Positions 1 through 12,640 of a stretch of DNA of 64,000 nucleotides are shown here, piece by piece (within the stretch, counting starts at the first letter, position 1; every line of letters starts with the position of its first letter). The DNA is taken from the NCBI GenBank assembly GCA_030390025.1, contig CM059433.1, positions 28,894,001-28,958,000 of the forward strand. The letters run 5' to 3'. Both the position numbers and the translations under genes were made by a program. The DNA is from Squalus acanthias. Taxonomy: Eukaryota. The notes beneath the pieces are model-generated. The model worked only from the letters and a program-made list of their open reading frames with translations. It was not told where the DNA came from and searched no databases.

Positions 1-359
1 TCCACATAGCTGAAGTCGCTCAACCCTGGTACCATTCCAGTTAAATCTCCTCTGCACCCTCTCCAAGAAATATTTTTATTTCAAGTAGTTTTAGACAGAC
101 AGTACCCCAATTTAAATCACTCCCCTCTTCTCCCTCCCCTGAGGATTAAAAATTTGTCTCCCAGGATAAAATTAAGAGCAAGAATTGTAAAGTGATACAA
201 CAATAATGCAAAGGAGAAATATGGGGCAAATGATCTGCGATGCAGTCCATGCTCCAAGTATTGGTGATGTTACAGTGAGGGCAAGTGACCTGGAGCAGCA
301 CTGCATCCCGCTAAATTTCTATACCTTCCACATCGAGCACAATTTGTTTTCCCGAGTAA

Positions 360-680
360 AAGAAAGAACATAGTTATATAGCGTCTTTCATGACCTCAGG
401 ATGTCCCAAAGCACTTTACAGCCAATTAAGTACTTTTGAAGTATAGTCACTGTTGTAATGTAGAAAACGCAGTAGCCAAGTTGCGCACAGCAAGCTTCCA
501 CAAACAACAATGTGATAATGACCAGATAATCTGTTTTTAGTGATGTCGATTGAGGGATAAATATTATCCAGGACACTGGGGAGAACACCCCTGCTCTTCT
601 TCGAGATAGTGCCGTGGGATCTTTTACGTCCACCTGAATGAGCAGACAGGGCCTTGGTTTAACGTCTCATCCCAAAGAGT
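360..680 (-). mobile_element. Deu-domain tRNA-derived SINE (SacSINE1-like), 3' part
   Basis: Reverse complement matches the body and tail of the full copy at 3236-3715. Confidence 0.75.
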
Positions 681-1554
681 AACACTACTTGCATAAAGGA
701 ACCCTGGAGATTCATCATTAAACATCACGCATTGCCTAGTGGAATTGATCATGGCGTTGCTGAGGCTCAGTGTTATTAATCATGGGAAATATATCAGATG
801 ATGTATTCCTATCATTAATGTGTCATTGCAGTATATCTGCCCAAATATAGATGGACGTATTCAACGTTCCCCCATCACTTCTGGTGGAAAGTGATAGCAG
901 ACACCAGAGAGCAGGCCGGTAGCAATAATTCTGCACCACGCTCGCTGCCCCCAATTGCCCTGCTTCAGCCCAATATTTGGTGATAGCAGGGCAAAAATTA
1001 CAACCCCGGACCTCTGGAATACCTAACAAATCTACGACTGCATAAAAAATACTCTTATTTCTCCCAATTATCATTAGGTGCCTCGACTTTGAATTTTAAA
1101 CTGCCTCATCACAGCACACTTTCAAAGTCTTTATTAGTGTATAATGGCTATCCCTTGGAATACATCACCACAGGCTTTTGAATGAATTTCCTCCGTTAAA
1201 TAGTTTGGGAAGCTCATTAAACCTCATCTCTTTGAAATGAAGTTGTTTGCATTATTTTAATCGGTATCTATTGAATTGCATTAGACAGCCATCTGGTATC
1301 TCGTGTTTCCTGTTTTCAAATGCCAATATACACTTCTAGCTGTTGTTAGGAGGACATGATTTATGTCCTCCAGGGAGTCTTTACTAATAGGTTTCTTTTT
1401 TCTTTTTGGACACCAGTGAGTTACTTTTTAAATACATTTTAAATCTAAAACATTTTTGATTAGAGATAGCTGAGGGCTCACCATCTTTCAAGCTGGGATA
1501 GTAAAGGACAGCAGTGTACATGAGTATGTGAGTTGATAGGATTTGACCTTGGTT

Positions 1555-1875
1555 TAACAGCACAGATGGAGGCCATTCAGCCCATCGTGCCTGTGCCGGC
1601 TCTTTGAAAGATCTATCCAATTAGTCCCACTCCCCCAGTTCTTTCCCCATAGCCCTGCAAATTTTCTCCCCGTCAAGTATTTATCCAATTCCCTTTTGAA
1701 AGTTATTACTGAATTTGCTTCCACCTTTTCAGGCAGTGCATTCCAGATCACAACAACTCAAATTCTCCTCATCTCCCCTCTGGTTCTTTTGCCAATTATC
1801 TTAAATCTGTGTCTTCTGGTTACCGACCCGCCCAAGAGCGGAAACAGTTTCTCCCCATCTACTCTATCAAAACCA
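1555..1875 (-). mobile_element. CR1 LINE 3' fragment
   Basis: Translates to IWNALPEKVEANSVITFKRELDKYL, typical CR1 ORF2 C-terminus, followed by the shared 3' UTR. Confidence 0.8.
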
Positions 1876-2209
1876 TAAATGGCATAAGTTTGGTAAGCTC
1901 TTGGTGAGTCAACTGCGTAGCAGGAGTGTTTTTTTTAGTTTCACTGCTGAGTCTTCAGAACGGTCAATGACAGTTATAACAAAGTAGTCATCATGGTTAC
2001 AACTACCTGTCACTGAAGGTGAGACTAAGTGCACGACTACCAATCTGAAAATAACCCTGAGTCATGTTATCTCAATTTGAGAAAACAGACATAGGTCACA
2101 TATCCTTCTGGGTGACACACGCTGTGGAGGTAACCAATAACCGATCAACAACAACTCACATTTATGTAGCGACTTTAACATAGTAAAACATCTAGACCCG
2201 ACTATTCCA

Positions 2210-2750
2210 ATGCTCTCCTGGCCGGCCTCCCACCTTGCACCCTCCATAAACTTGAGCTCATCAAAACTCTGCTGCCCGTATCCTAACTCGCACCAAGTCC
2301 TGTTCACCCATCACCCCCTGTGCTCGCTGACATGCATTGGCTCCCGGTCCTACAATGCCTCGATTTTAAAATTCTCATCCTGGTTTTCAAATCACTCCAT
2401 GGACTCGCCCCTCCCTATCTCTGTAACCTCCTCCAGCCCTACAACCCTCCGAGATCTCTGCGCTCCTCCAATTCTGGCCTTTTGCTCATCCCTGATTTTC
2501 ATCGTTCCACCATTGGTGGCCGTGCCTTCAGTTGTCTATGCCCTAAGCTCTGGAATTCCCTTCCTAAACCTCTCTGCCTCTCTTTCCTCCTTTAAGATGC
2601 TCCTTAAAACCTACCTCTTTGACTAAGTTGTCCTAATATCCTCTTATGTGGCTCGGTGTCAAATTTAGTTTGATAATCGCTCTTGTGAAACGCCTTGGGA
2701 TGTCTTACTACGTTAAAGGTGCTGTATAACTGCAAGTTGTTGTTGTTGAA
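2210..2750 (+). mobile_element. L2 LINE 3' fragment
   Basis: LHWLP...FKILILVFKSLHGLAPPYL...GGRAFS...LWNSLP motif and (TTG)n tail. Confidence 0.8.
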
Positions 2751-3235
2751 ATGTAATGCACATAACAAGCCTCACCTTAAGGAGTCCTGACTTAACCAGT
2801 CTCAGAATGCAGAATGAAATGCTGAGCTCAAGAAACATCCAGTTTTTAACCCGTTGGGCATTGGAAGCATCTGTTCTGGGACATCTCGAACAGTTCCTTA
2901 TCCAGTCAAATGCAAACAATGGTTTGTACGATAGAATTCACAAGGAGATGCTAACAGATGGTTTCTTGAGCACACAAATATTACACTTCAAAAAATACAG
3001 GAGCCACAATCATCGATTCAAATATATGTATACGCAAGTAGCATTTGATTGAAGTCACATGACACAATGTGCAGGAAATTAGCATTTGTGTTTGCTTGGA
3101 ACAACTCTATACACAGATTTCCAGAATTCACAATGCTTTAATAATTAGCTGGTTCTTGATACAATTCATTTTATTGTTCATAACCACGCTGCCACCAGCA
3201 ACTCAAAAGAGTAATCATAGCTGATCTTCACTTTA

Positions 3236-3715
3236 GTGTCAGCCATGGCTCAGTGGGTAGCACTCTCGTCACTGTGTAAGAAGGTCGTGGATTCAAGACT
3301 CACTCCAGAGATCTGAGCACAAAATCCAGGCTGACACGTCAGTACAATACTGAGAGAGTGCTTCACTGTCGGAGATGCCCTCTTTCAGATGAGACAATAA
3401 TAGGATAGATGTTAAACCGAGGCCACGTCTGCTCTCTCAGGTGGAGTAAAAGATCCCACGGCACAATTTTGAAGAAGAGCAGGGGAGTTCTCCCTGGTGT
3501 CCTGGCCGATATTTATCCCTCAACCAACACCTAAAACAAATTATCTGGTCGTTATCTCATTGCTGTTTGTGGGAGCTTGCTGTGTGCAAATTGGCTGCCG
3601 TGTTTCCTACATTACAACAGTGACTTCAAAAGCGCTTTATTAGCTGCAAAGCGCTTTGGGATGACCTGAGGTTGTGAAAGGCGCTATAGAAATGCAAGTC
3701 TTTCTTTCTTTCTTT
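3236..3715 (+). mobile_element. Full-length Deu-domain tRNA-derived SINE (SacSINE1-like)
   Basis: A box TGGCTCAGTGG, B-box-like GGATTCAAGACT, Deu-like core (GATGAGAC...AAACCGAGG...AAAGATCCC), L2-like tail ending in (TTTC)n. Confidence 0.8.
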
Positions 3716-4029
3716 GAACTGTCACAGAAAATCAACATATTTGTGACATGCTTTCTAATCATTCAAATTCATCTCAGAATGTGATTAGTTACATCAACAA
3801 CAGTCTAGCTGCTTTTATTGAATGGTTGATAATCACAGTCAAACCCTTTCCTTTTCATCCTGGTTAACAGACACCCATCCATTATCTACACATTTAAAAC
3901 CTTTCCTGTACCAAGCATTTTTCCCATTTCAATTTATTTTTCCATTCTTCAGATCGGTTTTTAAATCGTTCAGATCCCTTTGAACTTTATTAGTCTTCCC
4001 TGCACTGCACAACTGATCACACAGTCTGG

Positions 4030-4400
4030 CGTCTTCAGTAAATCTAATATTACTAGAGTTACTTTTCTCCATATCATTTCTGAACAGAGTAAACAGCAAA
4101 GGCGCCTTATCACAGACTGCTGAAGAGCACTTACTAATCAGAAAGGGCTTTATCCATTTATCATCACCTTGCTTTCTATTACCGACCCAATTTTCAATCC
4201 AGCTGGCTGCTTTGCCATTAATTCTCAGCCTTTATCTTCTTAAAAGCCTTAGATGCAGCACCTTATCAATGCCTTTTGAAAAGTACAAGTATATTCTGTT
4301 CACTGGATATCATTCACCCGCTAATTCAGTTACTTCCTCAAAGGACTCTAATAAATTTATGAGGCATGACTTAATGCTTTTAAAATCATGCTGACGACCC
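4030..4400 (-). mobile_element. Old, degraded CR1 RT fragment
   Basis: Degenerate similarity to the CR1 RT region at 18240-18600 ([11 protein letters not shown] segment). Confidence 0.5.
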
Positions 4401-4609
4401 TTTACTGTGTCTGTGTTGGCCGCATTCAGTGGCCGTAGTCTACAGTCTTGACGTTTCATCTCCTAGGGATAACAGTTCCTATCTACACCCTTTAAGCTAG
4501 TCTAGAAAAATATCTACATTCCCATAGCATTGGGAATAAACCCTTACTTCGTGGGGGGAAATCGGTAATCAGACAGGTTAGTAAGGGGTTAAAGATTGAT
4601 GCCAACATT

Positions 4610-4785
4610 TCTGGTCATTATCACATTGCTGTTTGTGGGACCATGCTGTGCGCAAGTTGGCTGCTGCCTTTCCCTACACTACAACAGTGACCACACTTCA
4701 AATAAGTACTTTGTTGGCTGTGAAGTGCTTTGGGGCATCCTGAGGTCGTGAAAGACGCTATAGAAATGCAAGTTCTTTCTTCACA
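4610..4785 (+). mobile_element. Deu-SINE 3' fragment
   Basis: Matches 3545-3710. Confidence 0.7.
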
Positions 4786-5184
4786 TTTAGCTGAACACGT
4801 CCTTCCAATTAGAGAATGGGGGGCGGGGGAGGTGGCATTGCTGTCGTTTTTGATATTTTTAAGAAGCGCACTCCCACTCTGTGACGAGGGTGACTGGAAC
4901 AGCTGGGTGAAATATTCATCCTTGTACAAGAACGACAACATTGTTCTAGTGTTCCATTGGCTGGTCGAGCCATGTTTAGAAAACATCCCTCAACCCCTGC
5001 GGGCATACAATGCTAATAACATTTCCAAAAGGGAGTATAGAATAAATCAGGGAGAAAGGCAAAGACGTTTAGAATTGAGGATGGTGTTCCAAGTCAGTTT
5101 GCGGCTAAATGCCATCTTATACTTTGAATTTCATTAATAAAAAAGAGGATTAACACAACGTTAAACAGTCATAAACAATAATGA

Positions 5185-5432
5185 CCCAGACACCGGGAAA
5201 AGTCCCGTTCTTGTTTTGCTGTGGGATTCTCTATGTCCATCTGAGAGGGCAGACGGGGCCTTGGTTTAGTATCTCATCCAAAATTCAGCGCCTCAGGTAA
5301 TGCAATACTCTCTCAGTACTGCACTGGAGTGTCAGCCTAGATTTTGTGCTCAAGTCTCTGGAGCGGGACTCAGAACCCACAGCCTTCTGACCCAGAGGCA
5401 AGAGCGCTACCCACTGAGCCACGGCTGACACT
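5185..5432 (-). mobile_element. Deu-SINE 5' part
   Basis: Reverse complement begins GTGTCAGCCGTGGCTCAGTGGGTAGC like 3236. Confidence 0.75.
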
Positions 5433-6021
5433 TCTAATACTACTGGGAGACTGCATCGCCCTCCCCGAGTTACAGTACAGCATCTGTGGAAACAGATCCT
5501 AATAATAAAACTTTGAAATTCCAATCATATTCGCTGTAACTAGAACAGAAAAACATGCAACCAACTGCTGAAAAAACAACTTGAGTAGTGGGTTAGCCTG
5601 ACAAGTAACATTGTTTTTCCACGTCCCCTTGTGATAAAGCTTTCCCTGGCCCAGCTGCGAGTTCTGTCTCTCCCGAGTGTTCACACATTGATCTGGCATC
5701 ATTAAGGGATTCGGCACTCTGCAGCTAACAGTAACTATATAATGGAAACTCGTACCATCAAATCAAACAAATCATCCGACCGTTAGATTTACTGCCTGCT
5801 TAACCTGATCATTAATTCTGTCCGGGCAATCTCCTTAATGAGAATTATATTAAGACTCTTACAAAGGGTGTGAAGATGATTAAACCCATAATTTGAAAAG
5901 TCACATACGTGTGCTTCTTCGGGGAGGTTTTAAAGCTTCAATACAAACTGCGTTTTAAACAAAAACTGTTTAAACTGTTTACCATCGCTGCACCTGTAAT
6001 GCTTATGGGTTTGTTAGAAAA

Positions 6022-6536
6022 TTCATCGAGCAGAAACTGATAGCCAAGTTCCGCACTCATGAAGACGGTCTCAATCGGGATCTTGGGTTTATGTCACGAT
6101 ACATGACGTGATCCGGACTCGAGTCGTCGTTAGCTTGTTCACAGATGTGATTCCCAGTAAAAAAGTAAAAATTTTCCCAGTAAAAAAGTAAAAAAATGTT
6201 AAAGCTTTTCGTTTTACATACAGACGGCAGCTTTTGACACGTTAGAACCCCTGCGACTACACCTCTTTGTCTCAGTTGTATCTTGCTATGTCTTTGATGT
6301 GGTACCTTCCTGGCTGACTTAATTAACTTTATCACACCTCGGCAGATAGTCAGGATGATTTAATTTATTGGTCTGCAATTGTAAAGTACACATGCTTTGT
6401 TTTCTATCTATATATGCTTTGGCGATTCTGTATCTAATTTACTTCACCTGAGGAAGGAGCAAATCGATAGCTCCGAAAGCTTGTGATTTCAAATAAAACT
6501 GTTGGACTATAACCTGGTGTTGTGCGACCTCTCAAT
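6022..6536 (+). mobile_element. Penelope-like element (family A), 5'-truncated, 12-bp TSD
   Basis: Encodes GIY-YIG C-terminus IEQKLIAKFRTHEDGLNRDLGFMSRY*; TSD TTTGTTAGAAAA at 6010-6021 and 6537-6548. Confidence 0.85.
6444..6486 (+). ncRNA. Minimal type I hammerhead ribozyme motif (Penelope-associated)
   Basis: TCAC-CTGAGGA-A-GGAGC-9nt-GCTCC-GAAA-GCTT-GTGA: core boxes, 5-bp stem II, 4-bp stem I, self-complementary AGCT in place of stem III. Confidence 0.75.
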
Positions 6537-6574
6537 TTTGTTAGAAAAGGCAGAGGCTTTAGAAATCTGTTTCC

Positions 6575-6900
6575 AAGGGGGCTGCTCTTCAGTCCCATGC
6601 TCCTGACCTTTGGCCACCTGGTGCGGAGGGGAGCGGGCAAGTCAGAGGACCTCCTCGTGGGACTACTCCTGGGCCTGGCCAAGGTGGGTGGCCAGCCAGC
6701 GCGCGGTCGAGGGGGTCGTTCGGCCCGACTGCCTGCCTCTCTTCCACAGCTATGTTCATGCCTGGGTGTCCTTGGAGAGGGAGCACACCGTGTCGGCCTT
6801 CCACTTGAGTCCTTCCACGACCGGTGGGCTCCGGAGGGACTGGAGTGCTTCATCGACACCCAGAACCGAATTTTAATTTAATTAGACAAGTTTCCTTTAA
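6575..6900 (+). mobile_element. Tx1/L1-clade LINE ORF2 3' fragment
   Basis: FSPMLLTFGHLVRRGAGKSEDLLVGLLLGLAK...SLEREH...RWAPEGLECFID resembles fish/amphibian Tx1 ORF2 C-termini; frameshifted. Confidence 0.65.
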
Positions 6901-7435
6901 ATTTGGTTTAATTTACAGTTAGATGTTGGTGCCCTTACGGAATGAGCAAAAGAGGTAAAATCTGTTTCCACAGTAACTCATCATGTTCAGGTGTCTGACC
7001 TGGGGGGTTGCGGGGTCTATAATAATTACCAATAATTAGTTCCTGTCCATGAGCAGGGCCCAATCGCCCCCAGCTCGCTTCAGTTGTAGGGTTGGAGTTT
7101 GGACTTGGTGGTCAAGGTGGAGATAAAGATAAAGATAAAAAGGGAAAGCGAGAGAGGGAAAGGGAAAGAAAACAAAAAAGAGAAAGATCAATAGGTTGGC
7201 GGTGGAGCCCCCATGTCACTTTCTCTCCTCACCTTTGCAGCCTGCTTCATGATATAAACTAACTGCTGTACAGAACCAAGCCCAGGATGCTAACTAGGGC
7301 AAAGTGATTTTACACTAGAATTGGCCAATATTGGGTCCTCAGACGGTGCGGTTGCTAAAGGCCGTGTGTAACGGAGCTATACAGACCTAATAAGATGCCC
7401 AGTTCAATTCGCTGATCTGGGTTGGCACTTGGCAG

Positions 7436-7930
7436 TATAGAATCATAGAATCTTACAGCACAGAAGGAGGCCATTCGGCCCATCATGCCTGTGTTGACTT
7501 TTTGGAAGAGCTCTCCAATTAGTCCCACTGCCCTGCTCTTTCCCCATAGCCTTACAAATGTTTCCTTTTCCAGTCTTTATCCAATTCGCTTTTGAAAGTT
7601 ATTATTGAATCTCCTATCTGAATTCCACCACCATTTCAGGCAGTGCATTCCAGATCGTAACAACTCGCTGCGTAAAATAAAAAATGTCCTCATTTTTCCC
7701 TCTGGTTCATTTGCCAATTAGCTTAAATCTGAGTCCTCTGGTTACCAACCCTCCTGCCAGTGGAAACAGTTTCTCCCTATCAAATCCCTGCATAATTATT
7801 GCTGCAAGGGGAACAAGCCCAGTTTCTCTAGTCTCTCCACATAACTGAAGTCCCTCATCCCTGGGACCATTCTAGTAAATCTACCCTGCACCCTCTCCAA
7901 GGCCTTGACATCCTTCCTAAAGTGTGATGG
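7436..7930 (-). mobile_element. CR1 LINE 3' fragment inserted in an older SINE-like repeat
   Basis: Same family as 1555-1875 with (ATAGAATC)n tail; flanks 7330-7435 and 7930-8020 resemble the old SINE at 16900-17295. Confidence 0.75.
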
Positions 7931-8264
7931 CAGTAGGGTCACTAAGAACGGTCCACGGTTCCTGTTCACTATCCAGTGACCCTTGCTGGAACTTGCGCAT
8001 ACCTGGAAGTCACGTGAGGATAATGCAGGCTGTAAAAGTAATTGCCTTGGTTAGCAAAATTAGGTTTGGTCCATTTATTATATAAAGCAGACTTCAGGAA
8101 AGAGGAGGCAAACTGACACGTGGGCTCCTCTCTTTCTGCTGCCAACCTGTTTATGGTAAAAAATAAAATGTTATTTTAAAGTGTCTCACGCAGGTATAGT
8201 TTTGAAATTCTTCCAAGGCAGCTGTGCTTTTTTTTAAGGCTGCTGTAATATCCCAAAATAGCTC

Positions 8265-8560
8265 AGGAATTACATCGAGTCTACAGCACAGAAAGAGGCC
8301 ATTCATCCCAACTGGTCCATGCGGGTGTTTATGTTCCACATGAGCCTCCTCCGAACCCTACTTCATCTCACCCTATCACCCTATGCTTCTATTCTTTTCC
8401 CCCTCATGTGTTTATCTTGCTTCCCCTTAAATACCTCTATCCTGCTCACCTTAACAACTCCTTGTGCTAGCGAGTTCCACATTCTCACCACTCTCTGGAT
8501 AAAGAGGTTTCTCCCGAATTCCTTACTGAATTTATTAGTGACTGTCTTATATCTATGACC
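8265..8560 (-). mobile_element. CR1 LINE 3' fragment
   Basis: Matches 29510-29800. Confidence 0.7.
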
Positions 8561-8831
8561 TCCAGTACAAGTGAGTGGTACTTTACTTCTTGAAATGAGG
8601 GGAGCGGAGGTACTTTAACTATTCAGCCTGGTGGAACATAGGAACAGGAGTCGGCCATTCAGCCCCTTGAGCCTGTTCCGCCCTTCAATTCGATGAGGCG
8701 GTGGGCACCATGTTCATTTGTCTCCTTTACCCTGGGTGCCAAGGGCATTTGTACTGACCTTGCTGGGAGCAGTGGTACTGCCATCAGAAGAATGGCTAGG
8801 AACCACGAGCATTGGTGGCGGTACAGCCAAT

Positions 8832-8996
8832 GGGGTAATTTTGACTTTGTGCGATACTGTAAAACGAGCGATAGCGAATCGGCAGCCCCTTTTACATCTC
8901 TCCCGATTGACTTCAATGGAAATTAAAATCGGGAGAGATGTAAAACGGTTCGCTATTGTCCATTATACACAACTGCACAAAGTCAAAATGACCCCC
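8832..8996. mobile_element. Palindromic MITE (PIF/Harbinger-like), AAT TSD
   Basis: TIRs GGGGTAATTTTGACTTTGTGC / GCACAAAGTCAAAATGACCCCC; internal hairpin TTTACATCTCTCCCGATT...AATCGGGAGAGATGTAAA; AAT on both sides. Confidence 0.7.
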
Positions 8997-9083
8997 AATG
9001 GTTTCTATCCCACCAAACGTTTTATATTAGAAAATGCTGGGAATACTCAGCAGGTCAGGCAGAATCTGTGGAGAGAGAAACAG

Positions 9084-9120
9084 GGTTAACGTTTCAGGTC
9101 GATGACCCTTCGTCAGAACT
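9084..9120 (-). ncRNA. Minimal hammerhead ribozyme motif
   Basis: Minus strand AGTT-CTGACGA-A-GGGTC-ATC-GACCT-GAAA-CGTT-AACC. Confidence 0.7.
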
Positions 9121-10205
9121 GGAAAAAGCTGGAGATCGAACAGGTTTTTAAGCAAGTGCAGGGGCAGGGAAAGGGGGGAGGGGAGGAAAGAACAAAAAGG
9201 GAAGGTCTGTGATAGGGTGGAAGGCAGGAGAGATTAAGAGACATTAAGAGATCGTGCAAGGCAAAAGGAAATGGTAATGGGACAAGTTAAGAAACAAAAG
9301 ATGGCTCTAGATGAAGTGTAAATGGCACTGGCAGAATGAAAGACAGCTGCCATGTGGGAGAGAGAGGAACAAATAAATAAATAAATAAATGGAAAAAAAA
9401 GGATAGGGGCTGAGGTTATGGTCTGAAATTGTTGAACTCTATGTTGAGTCCAGAAGGCTGTAAAGTGCCTAATCGAAAGATGAGGTGCTGTTCCTCGAGC
9501 TTACGTTGAGCTTCATTGGAACAGTGTAAGAGGCCGAGGACGGTGAGGTCTGAGTGGGAGTGGAGCGGAGAATTAAAGTGACAGGCCACCGGAAGCTCGG
9601 GGTCACCCTTACGGACTGAACGGAGGTGTTCCGCAAAGCGGTCACCCAATCTGCATTTGGTCTCCCTGGAATACCTCCGTTCAGTCCGTAAGGGTGACCC
9701 CGAGCTTCCGGTCGCTTGTCAATTTAATTCTCCGCTCCACTCCACTCCCACTCAGACCTCACCGTCCTCGGCCTCTTACACTGTTCCAATGAAGCTCAAC
9801 GTAAGCTCAAGGAATAGTACCTCATCTTTCGATTAGGCACTTTACAGCCTTCTGGACTCAACATAGAGTTCAACAATTTCAGACCATAAACTCTGCCCCT
9901 ATCCTTTTTTTTCCATTTATTTTATTTATTTATTTTTTCAATTTTTTTTTTCTCTCTCCCACATGGCAGCTGTCTCTCCTTCTGCCAGTGCCATTTACAC
10001 TTCATCTAGAGCCATCTTTTGTTTCTTAACTTGTCCCATTACCATCTCCTTTTGCCTTGCACCATCTCTTAATCTCCCTTAATATTTCTTAATCTCTCCT
10101 GCCTTCCATCCTATCACAGACCTTATATTTTTGTTCTTTCCTCCCCTCCCCCCTTTCCCTGCCCCTACACTTGCTTAAAAACCTGTTCGATCTCCAGCTT
10201 TTTCC

Positions 10206-10242
10206 AGTTCTGACGAAGGGTCATCGACCTGAAACGTTAACT
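10206..10242 (+). ncRNA. Minimal hammerhead ribozyme motif
   Basis: AGTT-CTGACGA-A-GGGTC-ATC-GACCT-GAAA-CGTT-AACT. Confidence 0.75.
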
Positions 10243-10328
10243 CTGTTTCTCTCTCCACAGATGCTGCCTGGCCTGCTGAGTATTTCCAGCATTTTCTGTT
10301 TTTATTTCAGATTTCCAGCATCCGCAGT

Positions 10329-11594
10329 TCTTCTTCCTTCTTTTTAGGCAGTCCCTCGGAACCGAGGATGACTTGCTTCCACATTAAAATGAGTTCTCAG
10401 GTGACCGATGAGTCCGATGCGGGGCCTACAGTCTCTGTCACAGGTGGGGCAGACGGTGGTTGTGAAGGGGCGGGTGGGTGGGGTGCTTGGGTTGACGTGC
10501 GCTCCTTACGCTGCTTGTGCTTGGCTTCCGGTGAAGAGACTCAAGGTGTTCGGCGCCTCCCCGAATGCTTCTCCTCCACTTTGTGCGGTCTTAGGCCAGG
10601 GATTCCCAGGTGTCGGTGGGGATGTTACACTTTTTCAAGGAGGCTTTGAGGGTGTCCTTGAAGCGTTTCCTCTGCCCACCTGGGGTTCTCTTGCCGTGCC
10701 GGAGCTCCGAGTAGAGCGCTTGTTTTGGGAGTCTCGTATCGGGCATGTGGACGATGTGGCCCGTCCATCGGAGCTGATCGAGTGTGGTCAAAGCGTCGAT
10801 GCTGGGGATGTTGGCCTGAGCGAGAACACTGACGTTGGTGCGCCTATCCTGCCAATGAATTTGCAGGATCTTGCGGAGGCAGCGTTGGTGGTACCTCTCC
10901 AGTGCTTTGAGGTGCCTGCTGTACATGGTCCATGTCTCTGAGGCATACAGCAGGGTGGGTATCACTGCTGCTCTGTAGACCATGAGCTTAGTGCCGGGTT
11001 TGAGGTCCTGGTCTTCAAACACTCTCTTCCTCAGGCGACCGAAGGCTGCAGTGGCACACTGAAGGCGGTGTTGGACTTCGTCGTCGACGTCTGCCCTTGT
11101 TGGCAGTAGGCTTCCGAGGTATGGAAAGTGGTCCACGTTGTCCAAGGCCTTGTCGTGGATTTTGATAATCGGGGGGCAGTACTGTGTGGCGGGGGCAGGT
11201 TGGTGGAGGACCTTTGTCTTACGGATGTTTAGTGTAAGGCCCATGCTCTCGTACACTTCGGTGAAGGTGTTGACGATGGTTTGGAGTTCGACCTCCGAGT
11301 GAGCGCAGACGCAAGCGTCGTCTGCATACTGTAATTCGACGACAGAGGATGGGACGACCTTGGATCTGGACTGGAGGCTGAACAGTTTCCTGTTTGTTCT
11401 GTAAATTAGCTCCACTCCAGTGGGGAGCTTACTGAGGGTGAGATGGAGCATTGCAGCAAGGAAGATCGAGAAGAGCGTTGGTGCGATGACACAGCCTTGC
11501 TTGATTCCGGTTCGTACGTGAATTGGGTCTGTGGTGGAACCGTTGGTCAGGATCACGGCTTACATGTCATCGTGAAGCAGGTGGAGGTTGCTCC
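10329..11594 (-). mobile_element. RTE-clade LINE, 5'-truncated, 11-bp TSD
   Basis: 321-aa ORF 10591-11556 with GIKQGCVIAPTLF, LQYADD, FPYLGS, QLRWTGH, GGQRKRFKD; (AAG)-like tail; TSD GCATCCGCAGT at 10318-10328 and 11595-11605. Confidence 0.9.
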
Positions 11595-11674
11595 GCATCC
11601 GCAGTATTTTGTTTTTGTATAAATGTTTTATATTGCGAGTTTGTTGCAGACTTCAGGAGTCCTGTTAGTGACAC

Positions 11675-12090
11675 AACCTCAGGACGTCCCAAAGTGATTC
11701 GCAGCCAATGAAGTACTTTTGAAGTGCAGTCATCTGTTGTAATGTAGGAAATGCGGCAGCCAATTTGCATACAGCAAGCTCCCACAAACAGCAATGTGAT
11801 AATGACCAGATAATCTGTTTTTTTAGTGATGTTGATTGAGGGATACATATTGGCTAGGACAACTCCCCTGCTCTTCTTTGAAATAGTGCCATGGGATCTT
11901 TTACCTCCACCTGAGAGAGCAGACGTAGCTTCGGTTTAACGTCTCATCCGAAAGACGGCACCTCCGACAGTTCAGCAATCCCTCAGTACTGCACTGGAGT
12001 GTCAACCTAGACTTTTTGTGCTCAAATCTGTGGAGTGGGACTTGAACCCACAGCCTTCTGACTCAGAGGTGAGGGTGCTACCCACTCAAC
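11675..12090 (-). mobile_element. Deu-SINE, near full length
   Basis: Reverse complement matches 3250-3670. Confidence 0.8.
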
Positions 12091-12099
12091 TGTGTGGCA

Positions 12100-12640
12100 C
12101 AATAGAGGTGACTGTGTAAGCACCGGAGGAGAAGGCATTGAGGAAGATATGTTACCTACCTTGGGACAGGTAATGGAACCATGTGAGGGAGGTGCCATGG
12201 AGGTGGACCACAGGTGAGAAGTGGTGGAGAAGGATGGCATAGGTAACCATGTCAAGGAAGACGAGAGATATGCACCACGATTCCAGTCACATAGGATACC
12301 TTTGGTGACCTTGACCAGGATTGGTTTCAGGGACTGTGGTAAAGCAGAAAACCAGACAGAAAGGATTGGAACGGGAAATGGTGAGGGAGGTGGACGGGGA
12401 GTAAGGTGCCAGTGGCAGATTGGAGCACCTCAGAGAGACTGGAGATGGGGTGGTAACTGAGGCCAAGGAAGGGTTGAGGATTGGCTTTTTAAGGAGAAGC
12501 TTGCTGGTAACAGTCTTCTGGGGTGGGGCGGGGGGGGGGGGGGGGTGGTGGGCGTGGGGCAGTGGGAACAGTACGAGAGGAAAGGAAAGGTGATGGCAGC
12601 GTGCATTGGGCTGAGGAGCAAAGAGGAAGGAAATTTTGTC
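12100..12640 (-). mobile_element. Degraded L2 RT fragment
   Basis: Remnants of QSGF...TETxLVKVT...ILCD motif on the minus strand. Confidence 0.55.

Larger units (their letters stand above)
9029..11620. mobile_element. Penelope-like element (family B), fold-back insertion interrupted by an RTE
   Basis: Inverted arms 9029-9632 and 9668-10297; encodes GIY-YIG C-terminus RFAEHLRSV...PVACHFN...EEQHLIFRLGTLQPSGLNIEF; TSD AAAYGTTTTATATT at 9015-9028 and 11621-11634. Confidence 0.88.
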
